Positions 9,968-19,658 of a DNA stretch of 64,000 nt are shown piece by piece. The notes under the pieces were generated by a model. The model saw only the letters and a program-made list of their open reading frames with translations, did not search any database and was not told the DNA's origin. The stretch is from a virus. Taxonomy: Duplodnaviria; Caudoviricetes. The position numbers and the translations under genes were made by a program. Position 1 is the first letter of the stretch; every line of letters starts with the position of its first letter. The stretch lies in the IMG/VR virus record IMGVR_UViG_3300048923_000295, positions 1 through 64,000 of that record; one strand, written 5' to 3'.

Positions 9968-10273
9968 ATGCTCGTAGGCATGGCCACTGCACTCGGTCCC
10001 GATGCTGACCTGCGGGACCATCTCGCCGCCGCGCTCCGCGCCCACCTGGCCGTCACCGGGCAGACCCGGCAGGACTACGCGGCCATCGAAGCCGGCCTGG
10101 CGCCGTCCACGTTCTCCGTCCTCCTCAAAGGCCGCGGCTACCCGCGGGGTATCGGGCTGGACACGGCGATCCGAGCGGCACGCTGGGCCGGGATGCGGCT
10201 CGTCCTCGTCCCGCTCGACGCCGCCTGGCCCGCCACGCAGACGCCCGCCGACACGCCTGCCGGCGCGCAGTGA
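9968..10273 (+). CDS. XRE-like HTH protein
   Basis: AIEAGLAPSTFSVLLKGRG...GLDTAIRAARWAGMRLVLVP. Confidence 0.6.
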   Translation: MLVGMATALGPDADLRDHLAAALRAHLAVTGQTRQDYAAIEAGLAPSTFSVLLKGRGYPRGIGLDTAIRAARWAGMRLVLVPLDAAWPATQTPADTPAGAQ

Positions 10274-10794
10274 TCCCCCGCCGCACGCCACTGGCACGCG
10301 GCGCCGGACCGGCGCGGCGGACACCGCTGATCGCCCGGACGCAGCTGGCACGCGGCGGGCCCATCGGCCGCGCCACGCAGCTCCCCCGCGTTGGCCGCTC
10401 GAGCGCGGCCCGGCCACAGCCCGCACGCACCGCGCCGGCCGACTCGCTGCCCGCCGCGACCCGCGCGGCCGTGTACGCGCGGGCGGCCGGGCGGTGCGAG
10501 ATCTGCGGCTGCACCCTGCGGGCCGGCTGGCGGTCCGTGCAGCACCGGGCCCGCCGCGGCTCGGGAGGCTCCCGGGACGGCGGGCGGCATCGGCTGTCGA
10601 ACCTGCTCGCCGTCTGCGGTCCGGACGCCTCGGCCGGCTGCCACCACCGGGCCGACTGCGGGCCCGACCGGTACGACGACGGCCACCAGGTGCACCGCGG
10701 CGAGGATCCGGCCGCGGTCCCGGTGCTCTACCGGGGTGCTCGGGTGCTCATCGACGACCAGGGCGGCATCCGCCCTGCGGCGGTGGCAGCGTGA
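10270..10794 (+). CDS. HNH endonuclease-like protein
   Basis: CEICG, VQHRARRGSGG, SNLLAVCG, GCHHR. Confidence 0.7.
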   Translation: MIPRRTPLARGAGPARRTPLIARTQLARGGPIGRATQLPRVGRSSAARPQPARTAPADSLPAATRAAVYARAAGRCEICGCTLRAGWRSVQHRARRGSGGSRDGGRHRLSNLLAVCGPDASAGCHHRADCGPDRYDDGHQVHRGEDPAAVPVLYRGARVLIDDQGGIRPAAVAA

Positions 10795-11627
10795 ACGACC
10801 ACGTCCACTCCCGCGCCGCCTACGTCGCCGGTCGCCGGTCGTGCCCGGACTGCCGGGCAGCGAACGCCGCTTACGAGGCCGGTCGTAACCGGCTGGCCGC
10901 CTACGACCGGTCGACCACCGACCTCGTCGACGCCGGCCCGGTCCGGGAGCATCTCGCCCACCTGCGCGCGGCCGGCGTCGGCTGGCGGCAGATCGTCGCG
11001 CTGTCCGGGGTCGACACGTCGGTGGTGCGCCGCCTCGTCGGCCACTCGTCGACGAGGCCGGCCCGCCGCGTCCGTCCCGAGACCGCCGAGGCGTTGCTCG
11101 CGGTGACCGTCGACGCGCGGGCTCCGGGCGCGCTCGTCGACGCCGACCCTGTCTGGCGGCTCATCCACGGGATGATCGCCCGCGGGTACACGCGGACATG
11201 GATCGCCGAGCAGCTCGGGCCCCGCCCGGGTGCCGGCCTCCAGCTGCATCGGACCCGGGTCACCCGCCGCCAGGCCGACGCTGTGCGGGCGCTGGCCGAA
11301 CGTTGCGCACTGACGCCTGGCCCGTCGGCCCGCGCCCGGGCGGAAGCTACCCGGCAGGGGTGGAACGTGGCGTGGCTGTGGGAGGACGTCGGCTCCCCCG
11401 ACACGCCGGACGACGGCGACGAGCTGGACATGGACCCGGTCGCCGTACGTCGCATCGTCGCCCGCGAGGGGCCTGCGGCGATGACCCCGCAGGAGCAGCG
11501 CGCGGCCATCGCCGAGCTGACCCGCGCCCGGCTGTCCTCCGCGGAGATCGCGGTGCATCTCGGGTTGTCGGCGCGGACTGTCGTCCGCTACCGGGCGCGG
11601 GCCCGCGCACTGGGACGGCTCCCATGA
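10791..11627 (+). CDS. Multi-HTH DNA-binding protein
   Basis: SCPDCR; GVGWRQIVALSGVDTSVVRR; C-terminal LSSAEIAVHLGLSARTVVRYR. Confidence 0.65.
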   Translation: MNDHVHSRAAYVAGRRSCPDCRAANAAYEAGRNRLAAYDRSTTDLVDAGPVREHLAHLRAAGVGWRQIVALSGVDTSVVRRLVGHSSTRPARRVRPETAEALLAVTVDARAPGALVDADPVWRLIHGMIARGYTRTWIAEQLGPRPGAGLQLHRTRVTRRQADAVRALAERCALTPGPSARARAEATRQGWNVAWLWEDVGSPDTPDDGDELDMDPVAVRRIVAREGPAAMTPQEQRAAIAELTRARLSSAEIAVHLGLSARTVVRYRARARALGRLP

Positions 11628-11893
11628 TCTCCCGACGTGTGCCGTGCCCCTGGTGCCAGCGGCGCACCGCCGTCCGCGCCGATGGGACGCTGCGGGCACA
11701 CCAGCATCGGGGGCGCCGCTGCCCCGGCCGGCGCCTCGACGCCCAGCCGTGCGCCGGTGGATGCAACCGGACGGTTCAGGCCGGTCCCGGCCGTCAGCAG
11801 GGCCAGGACTGGTGGTGCCCGGACGCGGCCTGCCGGCGGCTGTGCGCCCAGCAGCGGCAGCAGGCATGGCGCGGCCGGCGGGTGGCGGCGTGA
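11624..11893 (+). CDS. Small Cys-rich (Zn-binding) protein
   Basis: CPWC, HxH...C, CAGGC, C...C; coupled start. Confidence 0.5.
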   Translation: MISRRVPCPWCQRRTAVRADGTLRAHQHRGRRCPGRRLDAQPCAGGCNRTVQAGPGRQQGQDWWCPDAACRRLCAQQRQQAWRGRRVAA

Positions 11894-12603
11894 CCGGCCG
11901 GCGACCGTGCCCGTGCGGCTGCGGAACCCTTGTCGACCCGCCGCCCCAGCCGTGTGCCTGTGGCTGCGGCCGGCTCGTGTCCTACGGCCCCGGCCGGCGC
12001 GAAGGGCAGCCCTGGTACTCCGCTGATCCGGCATGCCGGCGGGAGCGGGCGCGGGTCAAAGGGGAGCAGCGGCGGCGCGCCCGCGGCGTACCCCGGCGTG
12101 AAGGTGTGCTGCGGGTCTGCGGGCGGTGCGGCCGGCGGTACAGCGCAGTGGTGGGCAGTGCCGCGTCCGCGACCCCGCTGTGCTGGGTGGGCGAGTGCGC
12201 TCGTGAGCGCCGCCGTCGCGCCAACCGCCACCGTCGGGAGCGGGCGGGTGTGCCTTCCCGGCCCGCGTCCGAGCCGTGTGGAGCCTGCGGGCTACCGGTC
12301 CCCCCTGTGCGCGGAAGGGTGCGTTCGCCTGCGTGGCATCAGACGCCGGAGTGCCAGCGGGAGCGGGTCAGGGTGGCGGGCCGGCGGGCGCGGGAACGCG
12401 CCGGCCGGACACCGAAGACCACCCCGTCGCCTGCCCCGGGCCCGGCGGCGGACGTCGCGCTGCCCGCTGCGGGGCTGGTAGGCGCCGACGTAGCCGCGAG
12501 GGCGGCCGCCCGGGTCCGTGAGCATCTCACCGACCCGGAGGCGGTCGAGCTGGTGCTCGCCATGCTCGGCCTCGCCCCCGACCCGCAGCGGGATGCGGCG
12601 TGA
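11890..12603 (+). CDS. Cys/Arg-rich protein
   Basis: CPCGCG, CACGCG, CGRCG, CGACG. Confidence 0.5.
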   Translation: MTGRRPCPCGCGTLVDPPPQPCACGCGRLVSYGPGRREGQPWYSADPACRRERARVKGEQRRRARGVPRREGVLRVCGRCGRRYSAVVGSAASATPLCWVGECARERRRRANRHRRERAGVPSRPASEPCGACGLPVPPVRGRVRSPAWHQTPECQRERVRVAGRRARERAGRTPKTTPSPAPGPAADVALPAAGLVGADVAARAAARVREHLTDPEAVELVLAMLGLAPDPQRDAA

Positions 12604-12764
12604 TCGGGGACGAGCAGCTCGACCTGCACGCCGAGCCGTGCGCCGCCCTGGTACCCGTCCATCCGCAGCCCATCGGGCTGGAGCCGAAACCGCTGTCGTA
12701 CGGGCGGCGGCTCACCGCGCGGAAACGGGAAATGCTCGCCCGGGGGGTGGCGCCCGACGGGTAG
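12600..12764 (+). CDS. Small hypothetical protein
   Basis: GTGA-coupled 54-aa ORF. Confidence 0.35.
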   Translation: MIGDEQLDLHAEPCAALVPVHPQPIGLEPKPLSYGRRLTARKREMLARGVAPDG

Positions 12765-13259
12765 GCATGCGAAACGGCCCGGCGAAGCCACCACGCCGGG
12801 CCGTCCACAGTCACCGAGTTCGCAGCTCGGATCGGTATTTCAGAGGCACGGGATATCCCCCGTCGGGGCATGCCCGCTATCAGAATCGAGTGTATCGCGA
12901 ATGCGACTGACGCCGGGCAAGAATGCCCGGGAATGTGACGGCCATATCGCGGTCGTCGCGTGTTGTGCTGGCCGGAGCCGACACGGCCAGTCGAACAGGC
13001 GTGCCCCGCATGCTGCGGGCAGGCCGGAGTGTATGGTCGGGTTCGCCGGGAGGATCCCGGTCGGACGGCGCCAACCGTCCGACCGTTCACCCGCCTCGCG
13101 GCGATGCACCGCCCACCCGTTGACGCGGGCGCGGTGCCGCACCACCACTGTTGGGACTAGCAACAGAAAGTGGCACAACGTGATACTGGCACATCTTAGT
13201 TTCCGCGCATCCGCGGACGCGCGGCACCTCACGGTCCGCACCCCCGATGGGGGTAGCCG

Positions 13260-14540
13260 GTGACCGGTCCCGCGATCAAATGGCAGATCGAACGGGCCGT
13301 GTTCCGCGACCATCGCAACGACCCGTCCCGGCGCTGGGTCCTCGACCTCGCCCCGCTGACGTCCAACTGCCGTCTGGTCATGTCCGCGCTGTTGAGCCGC
13401 GCTGACGTCGACACGGGCGTCATCGCTGCGGAGAACACCCCCTCGCTGACCGAGCTTGCCGAGCTGACCGGGCTGGACCGGTCCACCGTGCGGCGGATGC
13501 TCAGCGATTTGGAGTCGCTCGGGTGGGTGAAGCGGCACCGCCCAGACCCTGCGGACGCGCGAGCGAACGGCACACGCACCTGGTACGAGCTGGGGCTCCC
13601 CGGACAGAACGGCATGCCCCAGCCGGTCACCCCGAAGCCGCGCAGGAAGACCAAGAAGGCGGCTGAAGGTGGGGGCGCAGCGCCCCCAGCCGAAGCGGCG
13701 GAGGTAGGGGCGCAGGACGCCGGAGGTAGGGGCGCCACGCCCCCAGCGGTAGGGGTGCAGAACCCCATGGGTAGGGGCGCAGCGCCCCCCATTACTTCTT
13801 CCAGACCAGAGAGACCTTCTCCACCACCACCCCCAACCCCCTCCGCGCCGGTGCTCGCGCCGGTCGCGGCGAACGGTGGTGGTGGTGAAAACGATCCCCA
13901 GGAAGACGAAGTACCCGAGACGGCCGAAGACGTCGACGCGGTCGTCGAGCCGATCGCCGATGCGCTCGGCCTGCCGCCGGAGACGCTGCACCCGATCCGC
14001 CCGGCCGTCGCCGCCGCGCTCGCATGCGGCTGGCCCGCTCCGGCGCTCGCCGAGCACCTCGCCGCCGACCCGCCCGCCGAGATGCGTCTGCCTGCCGCCG
14101 TGCTCGCTTCCCGCCTGAAGCCCGCCGTCCTGCCACCGGGCCCGGCCCGTTGCTCGTGCCGGGGATGCTCCCGCTGGCGCCGCGCCGCCGACGCGCTCGC
14201 CCGCCTCGCACCGACCCCGGCGACCTGCATCACCCACAAGACCGAGATCGAGCCGGGCGCCCGGTGCGCGGCCTGCGACGCCGACACCGCCGAGCACCTC
14301 GAGCAGGACCAGCGGGCCCGCCAGGCGCAGGCCGACCGGCAGGCGGACCGCCGGCAGCGCATCGAGGACGCCCGGGACGCCCTCGGCCTGCCCGTCGTCG
14401 CGGCGCTCACCGGCCAGCACAAGAACCCCGGCAGCCGGATCGCAGGCGCCCTGCTCGGCAACTGGCTCGACGATCACGACTGGGACCTCGACGCCGCCCG
14501 CGAGCACGCCGCGACGATCAAGAACAGGCAGGCGTCATGA
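13260..14540 (+). CDS. Replication initiator (wHTH, lambda O-like organisation)
   Basis: PSLTELAELTGLDRSTVRRMLSDLESLGWV wHTH; internal iteron-like repeats. Confidence 0.75.
   Translation: MTGPAIKWQIERAVFRDHRNDPSRRWVLDLAPLTSNCRLVMSALLSRADVDTGVIAAENTPSLTELAELTGLDRSTVRRMLSDLESLGWVKRHRPDPADARANGTRTWYELGLPGQNGMPQPVTPKPRRKTKKAAEGGGAAPPAEAAEVGAQDAGGRGATPPAVGVQNPMGRGAAPPITSSRPERPSPPPPPTPSAPVLAPVAANGGGGENDPQEDEVPETAEDVDAVVEPIADALGLPPETLHPIRPAVAAALACGWPAPALAEHLAADPPAEMRLPAAVLASRLKPAVLPPGPARCSCRGCSRWRRAADALARLAPTPATCITHKTEIEPGARCAACDADTAEHLEQDQRARQAQADRQADRRQRIEDARDALGLPVVAALTGQHKNPGSRIAGALLGNWLDDHDWDLDAAREHAATIKNRQAS
13668..13789 (+). repeat. Five ~20-bp iteron-like repeats (candidate ori)
   Basis: Consensus GGTAGGGGCGCAGCGCCCCC at 13668, 13703, 13725, 13748, 13770. 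Confidence 0.7.
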
Positions 14541-14983
14541 GAGTGTTGATCACCGGGTCGAGGGACTGGCGGAACGCCGACCTGATCGCCGCCCGTCTGG
14601 GCTCGCTGCTGCACCACGCCAGCCCGGCCGAGTTCGTCGTCGTGCATGGCGACTGCCCGCGCGGCGCCGACGCGATGGCCCGCCGCTGGGCCGAGGACGT
14701 CGCAGGCGAACCGAACCCGCGGCCGGGTGTCTCCCATGAGCCGCACCCGGCCGACTGGGATGGCCCGTGCCGGCCGGAATGCACGCACCGAGGTCGACCG
14801 CGTCGCCGCGACGGGGTCGAGTACTGCCCGGCGGCGGGCAACTACCGCAACGCCGACATGGTCGTGGCCGGCGCTGACGTGTGCCTGGCGTTCATCCGGG
14901 ACCGGTCCCCGGGGGCTACCAACTGCGCCCGGCTCGCGCTCGACGCCGGCATCGAGCTGCACGTCTGGCGGGAAACCGCATGA
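14537..14983 (+). CDS. SLOG-superfamily protein (DUF2493/YspA-like)
   Basis: MRVLITGSRDW, VVHGDCPRGADAMA, HPADW, AAGNYRNADMV. Confidence 0.8.
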   Translation: MRVLITGSRDWRNADLIAARLGSLLHHASPAEFVVVHGDCPRGADAMARRWAEDVAGEPNPRPGVSHEPHPADWDGPCRPECTHRGRPRRRDGVEYCPAAGNYRNADMVVAGADVCLAFIRDRSPGATNCARLALDAGIELHVWRETA

Positions 14984-15300
14984 CCGCCGAATCCACAGCC
15001 CCGGTGCTCCGTCTTCGCCGCCGCCCGCCAGGCGCTCCGTCATCCCGCTGGGATGACGGCTCCTGCGGAATCCCCGGCTGCCCCTGCACGCATGACCCGA
15101 ACGGCGCCGAGCCGTGTGACCGGGGATGGACCATGCCGCCGGCCGAGGGCAAGACCGGCGGTATCCCGGGAATCGGCAGCGCGATTGTCGAGCGCCTCCT
15201 TCCCGCGGGTGACGCGGTGCGCCGCTGCCCGACCTGCGCCGGTCACGCGAAACGGCGGGCAGCCATGGCGGAAACGGTCACCCGGGCGGAATCCGCCTAG
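14980..15300 (+). CDS. Cys-rich hypothetical protein
   Basis: CGIPGCPCTH, CDRGW, CPTC. Confidence 0.5.
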   Translation: MTAESTAPVLRLRRRPPGAPSSRWDDGSCGIPGCPCTHDPNGAEPCDRGWTMPPAEGKTGGIPGIGSAIVERLLPAGDAVRRCPTCAGHAKRRAAMAETVTRAESA

Positions 15301-15360
15301 CCGAATTGGCTTGTTGGTCGTATCGTCGATCTCACGATCTACGAATCGTGGGAGGACGTC

Positions 15361-15609
15361 ATGGCTATCACCGTGGCGTCGCCCCGCCGGCCGGTGCGGG
15401 GCGACGCCGAGCGCGCCGGGCACTGCGGTACCCGTGGCTGCCGCTGCACCCACCTGGCGACGGATCCGCTGTTTCCCGAGGCTCCGGCCTGTGACCATGG
15501 GTTCCGGCCGGCGCCGCCTGGCGCCCGGAGCCCGCGGGGGAACCTGCTGGGTCCGGGTGCGGTGGTGCCGTGTCCGGCGTGCCGGGAGGCGCTGCTCAAC
15601 GCCGTGTAG
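15361..15609 (+). CDS. Cys-rich hypothetical protein
   Basis: GGAGG RBS; CGTRGCRCTH, CDHG, CPAC, similar to the preceding ORF. Confidence 0.55.
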   Translation: MAITVASPRRPVRGDAERAGHCGTRGCRCTHLATDPLFPEAPACDHGFRPAPPGARSPRGNLLGPGAVVPCPACREALLNAV

Positions 15610-15622
15610 GTGCCGGTAGATC

Positions 15623-15648
15623 CTACGAATTGGTAGTTTCGTCGAAAT
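15623..15648. promoter_or_regulatory. Operator-like site
   Basis: CTACGAATTGGTAG (15623-15636) followed by TTTCGTCGAAAT. Confidence 0.7.
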
Positions 15649-15745
15649 CTGGTAGTGTCGTAGACGCCAACGCAAACGGCCGCCCCACCCGATCCCCTGT
15701 CAGAGATCACGGGCGAGACGGCCGCGACATGCAAGGAGCAAGTCT

Positions 15746-16411
15746 ATGACCCACCTCTCCATCGAACCCACCCCCCGTGACCACACGCTGGCCCGGCTCC
15801 ACTTCGCCGGCCTGGACCAGCCGACGGACGTCCACCAGCGCGCCGCGGACCTCCTGGCTTCCTCCGTCGACGCGCTCGCCGCGTCCGTCAGGGGCCTGGA
15901 CGTCCTCCGCTCCTACGCGGAGATGCGCCGGATGACTGCCGTCGTCGCGGCCTACCGGACGCAGATCGCCGAGATGGCCGCGGACGAGGCCGCCGACCGC
16001 GCGGTAGAAGAGCGCGACCCGCTCAACGACGCCGACATTCGCTGCGGCACCTGCAAGAAGTCGCAACTTGCCCGCCGGGGCGGCTGCACCTGTACCCGGA
16101 CCATCCCGCTCCCCAAGGCGGCGGCAGTGACCACGCAGAGCGTCGTTGTCTGGAAGCACCGGCTCCCCGACCTCGTCACCGCCCTCCGGCTGCCCGTCGG
16201 AGCGACCGTGCTCCACGTCGCCGCGCAGGGCCGGGACATGCTCCTCTGGGAGGCCCACCCGGTCAATTCGGCCGCGACCGAAACCCGGACGTTCGTGCGC
16301 ATCAGCACCGGCTCCACCGCCACCGTCGACGTCCAGCGGTATGTCGGCACGGTCCACATGGACAACGGCGACGTGGCCCACGTGTTCGAGGTGGACGGGG
16401 ACCAGCAGTGA
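15746..16411 (+). CDS. Hypothetical protein
   Basis: AAGGAG RBS, 221 aa. Confidence 0.65.
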   Translation: MTHLSIEPTPRDHTLARLHFAGLDQPTDVHQRAADLLASSVDALAASVRGLDVLRSYAEMRRMTAVVAAYRTQIAEMAADEAADRAVEERDPLNDADIRCGTCKKSQLARRGGCTCTRTIPLPKAAAVTTQSVVVWKHRLPDLVTALRLPVGATVLHVAAQGRDMLLWEAHPVNSAATETRTFVRISTGSTATVDVQRYVGTVHMDNGDVAHVFEVDGDQQ

Positions 16412-17160
16412 CCGCCCCGGCCGAGGACCGGATGCTCGGCCGCATCCGGAAGCTGCTCGCCATGGCTGAGGCCGACGGGCTCACCGAGGCGGCCCGCGAC
16501 TCGTACAACGCGAAGGCCGCCGAGCTGATCGCCCAGTACGGCATCGACCAGGTGCTCCTCGCCGCGCACGCCCCGATGTCGGCCGCCCCGGTCGACCGGA
16601 CGATCGAGCTGCTGGCGCCGTACGCCCGAGACAAGGCCGACCTGCTGTGGGCGGTGTTGGAGCCGCTGCGTTGCAAGGGAGTCCGCACCATCCGCTCCCG
16701 GACGGGCCGCGTCGAGATGCGGGTGTTCGGGATGCCGGCCGACCTCGAACGCGCCGAGGTGCTGTTCACCTCGCTGCTCGTCCAGGTCGCGCACGGGACG
16801 GCCGTCGCCTACCCGGACGATCCGATGGAGTCCATTGCCGCGTACCGCCGGTCGTGGATCATGGGCTTCCGGGTGGCCATCCACCGCCGCCTGATGGAGA
16901 CCGAGCGGCACGCCACCGAGCAGGCCACCTCCGCCGAGACCACCGTCGCCGGCACGCCGGCCCGGTCGGTTGCCCTCGTGCTCGTCGAGCAGAAGGACCG
17001 CGTCGAGCAGGCGGTGCACGCCGCCTACCCGAAGCTGAAGAAGGCCAAGCCCCGCAGCCTGGCCGGTACCGGCTACCAAGACGGCGCTGCCGCCGGCCGC
17101 CGCGCCGACCTCGGCGGCACCCGCCTCGGCGGGCAGAGACGTCGGGCGGTGGGACGGTGA
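16408..17160 (+). CDS. DUF2786-domain protein
   Basis: LGRIRKLLAMAEADGLTEAARDSYNAKAAELIAQYGID; YRRSWIMGF. Confidence 0.8.
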   Translation: MTAPAEDRMLGRIRKLLAMAEADGLTEAARDSYNAKAAELIAQYGIDQVLLAAHAPMSAAPVDRTIELLAPYARDKADLLWAVLEPLRCKGVRTIRSRTGRVEMRVFGMPADLERAEVLFTSLLVQVAHGTAVAYPDDPMESIAAYRRSWIMGFRVAIHRRLMETERHATEQATSAETTVAGTPARSVALVLVEQKDRVEQAVHAAYPKLKKAKPRSLAGTGYQDGAAAGRRADLGGTRLGGQRRRAVGR

Positions 17161-17582
17161 CCGCCCCGACCCGCCCGGCCGCGATGACCGCGACCCGCGG
17201 CGACGTCCTGCGGGCCCTCGCCGAGGCCGTCGACCGGCTGCCCGCGACGGTGCGGCTGACCCTGTCCGCCGGCCCCTTCACGGGCCGCAGCCCCTACTTC
17301 TCGGTCCACGCGCACGGCGGGACCCCGCAGCAGAACGTCGCCGCGCTGGCGACGATCGCACACGACCTCGCGCTCACCCTGGTCGTCCCGGTCACCGTCG
17401 ACCAGTGGGCCGACGCCGACGGCGACGAGGTCATCTCGATCAGCGCGACGACCCGCTGGCGCGGCGTCCGCCTGGAGCTCGTCGCCTTCCCCCGTGCGGA
17501 CCACAGGCCGGACGCCGACGTCGTGGAGGCGTTGGTCGCGCCGCTGCGGCTCGCGCTCGGCCCCGCGGCGGTGACGTCGTGA
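17157..17582 (+). CDS. Hypothetical protein
   Basis: GTGA-coupled. Confidence 0.55.
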   Translation: MTAPTRPAAMTATRGDVLRALAEAVDRLPATVRLTLSAGPFTGRSPYFSVHAHGGTPQQNVAALATIAHDLALTLVVPVTVDQWADADGDEVISISATTRWRGVRLELVAFPRADHRPDADVVEALVAPLRLALGPAAVTS

Positions 17583-17767
17583 TCGGCCCGGACGGAATGC
17601 CGATCCCCGGAGCCGGCTGGCCCGCCCTGGAGCCCCCCGGCCCCCTGTACGCCCCCCGGCCGCCGCGCCGATGGGACCTCGCCGCCTGGGTGCTGCTGTT
17701 CGCCCTCGGCACTCCGGCGGCGCTGCTCCTCGGCATCCACCTCGGCATCAACCTGGCCCGGCCGTGA
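17579..17767 (+). CDS. Small membrane protein
   Basis: WDLAAWVLLFALGTPAALLLGIHLGI. Confidence 0.55.
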   Translation: MIGPDGMPIPGAGWPALEPPGPLYAPRPPRRWDLAAWVLLFALGTPAALLLGIHLGINLARP

Positions 17768-18219
17768 CCGGCCCGCAGGTGCAGACCCTCGGCTACGCCC
17801 CAGACCATCCCGGGTGGGCGGCGGTCTGGCCGGCGCTCGGCGGGGATCTCGCGCAGATCGTCGCCGACGCGGCCCGCCACAACATCGCCCTGGACGCGGT
17901 CATCACCGCCGACCAGATGTGGCTGCACACCAACCAGCAGAGCCTCCTGACGCTCCACGGCCCGCACACCCCCGGGCTGGCGCACCGCTGGCTGCACGAG
18001 ACCGCGCAGACCAGCGGCGTGCCCTACGGGCCGTGGCTCGCCGCCGCGATGCTCCACATCCACCTGGTCGCCCCGGCCTGCACCCGGCTCGGTTCGGACA
18101 CGGACTGGGACCGCGGCTGGCTGCCCGCCAGGCGGATCTGCTCCCGCCGGTTCGACCCCGTGCCGGACACGTCCCCGCTGGTCCAGCCGGCGGATGCGTT
18201 CGCCGGCATCCAACTCTAG
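17764..18219 (+). CDS. Hypothetical protein
   Basis: GTGA-coupled. Confidence 0.55.
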   Translation: MTGPQVQTLGYAPDHPGWAAVWPALGGDLAQIVADAARHNIALDAVITADQMWLHTNQQSLLTLHGPHTPGLAHRWLHETAQTSGVPYGPWLAAAMLHIHLVAPACTRLGSDTDWDRGWLPARRICSRRFDPVPDTSPLVQPADAFAGIQL

Positions 18220-18227
18220 GAATGATC

Positions 18228-18419
18228 ATGACAGACGAAAAGCCGACCCTCCGATCGGGCGCGGTCGCCGAACGTTTCGGCGTCGACACCAAAACGGTTC
18301 TCGCCTGGGTGCACGCTGGGAAGCTGAAGGCCGTCAAGACCCTCGGAGGGCACTACCGGTTCCGCGAGTCTGACGTCAACGCGGCCGCCGAAGCACAGCA
18401 GGCTCTGGACGGGCAGTGA
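18228..18419 (+). CDS. BldC/excisionase-family MerR-type HTH protein
   Basis: LRSGAVAERFGVDTKTVLAWVHAGKLKAVKTLGGHYRFRESDV. Confidence 0.85.
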   Translation: MTDEKPTLRSGAVAERFGVDTKTVLAWVHAGKLKAVKTLGGHYRFRESDVNAAAEAQQALDGQ

Positions 18420-18674
18420 GCGACCTCGACGGGGCGACGATCGCGAACTGCCCGGACTGCTGGGGCACCGTCTGGGTTCCTCCTAGCGGCACGGCGAGCA
18501 GCTCCAGCGCCCACGCATCCAACAAGCCCTGCCCCGGTCGGCCGCGCCGGTGAGCGGCGTCTGCGTGCTCTGCCTCGGCACCGGCGCTCCCTGCCTGCGC
18601 TGCGGCGGGCAGGGCATCGACCCCGACCCGGAAGCCGCGAAGCTCCCCCAACCCGACACCACACCGGAGGCACG

Positions 18675-19058
18675 GTGAACCCCCTCGATTTCCCCCCCGG
18701 CTCGCGTCAGGACCTACAGTCCCGACGACTTCAGGGCGCGGTGCTCAACTGCGCCGACTGGGAGCTGACCTTCGGTGCCACGAACATCCCTTTGATCGCC
18801 CAGCGCCGTTACCAGTGTGGTGCGGAAAGTGGATGCGTGCGCGGTTTCCACTACTGCGTGATCGCCACCGTCGGCTACTGGGACACCGAAGCCGGCGGCG
18901 AATGGCACTGGCATCTGATCGACACGCGGCGGGACCGCCCCGGCGACAGCGTCGTTCGCCTCGACAGGTCGCCCTACACCGAACCCAGTGAGGCGATGGC
19001 CAAAGCCGAGCAGGGGACGACCTTGTTCCTCGCGGGCCACGCCGACTGCCACATCTGA
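18675..19058 (+). CDS. Hypothetical protein
   Basis: GGAGG RBS before GTG. Confidence 0.6.
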   Translation: MNPLDFPPGSRQDLQSRRLQGAVLNCADWELTFGATNIPLIAQRRYQCGAESGCVRGFHYCVIATVGYWDTEAGGEWHWHLIDTRRDRPGDSVVRLDRSPYTEPSEAMAKAEQGTTLFLAGHADCHI

Positions 19059-19183
19059 GCCCCGATCGCCGGCCTCTTCCCTCCCCTTGGGGCTGGCGGT
19101 CCTCCCCCGCCTGCCGGCCTGGCCTCTCGCTCCCCTGTCACGCGGCCGGGCCGGCAGGCATCCCGAACGCGAAAGGAATCCCA

Positions 19184-19582
19184 GTGGAACGAACCGACCG
19201 GTTCGACGGCACGATCACCGCCACCGTCCGCTACAGCGGCTGGAAGCCGCCGGCCGACGAAATCGTCGAGGGCCTGACCGACTTCTTCGGACCCTACCGG
19301 GACGACGAGCTGCCCTACATCCGGCAGATCCGCCTCGACGCCCGGGCGGCGCCGACCCGCCGGAACCTGGTGCTCGCTATCGGCGTGTCGTACGCCCTGT
19401 TCGTCGGCCTCGTGCTGGCCGTCTACGGACTGATCCTCACCTACGACCACCGGTTCTGGCTCGGCGTGGGCCTGGCCGTCGTCGGCGCGGCGCTGGCCGG
19501 GGTCGCCGCCAGCTGGATCGTCCGGCTGTTGCGCCGAGAGGTCCAGCGGGAGCGGGACAGCGTCATCTACAGCAAGCCCTGA
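19184..19582 (+). CDS. Membrane protein (2 TM)
   Basis: AAAGGA RBS; two hydrophobic helices. Confidence 0.7.
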   Translation: MERTDRFDGTITATVRYSGWKPPADEIVEGLTDFFGPYRDDELPYIRQIRLDARAAPTRRNLVLAIGVSYALFVGLVLAVYGLILTYDHRFWLGVGLAVVGAALAGVAASWIVRLLRREVQRERDSVIYSKP

Positions 19583-19658
19583 GACCGGCCGTCCGGCCCG
19601 GCCCCTCATCCCCTGTCACGGGCCGGGCCGGCAGGCACCCCAACCACCAAGGAAAGCG

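Noticed and set aside
12765-13259. Genes or an origin in the ~500-bp lower-GC gap before rep
   Set aside because: The ORFs lack recognisable motifs or RBS and I saw no convincing repeats; the iterons inside rep are the better ori candidate.
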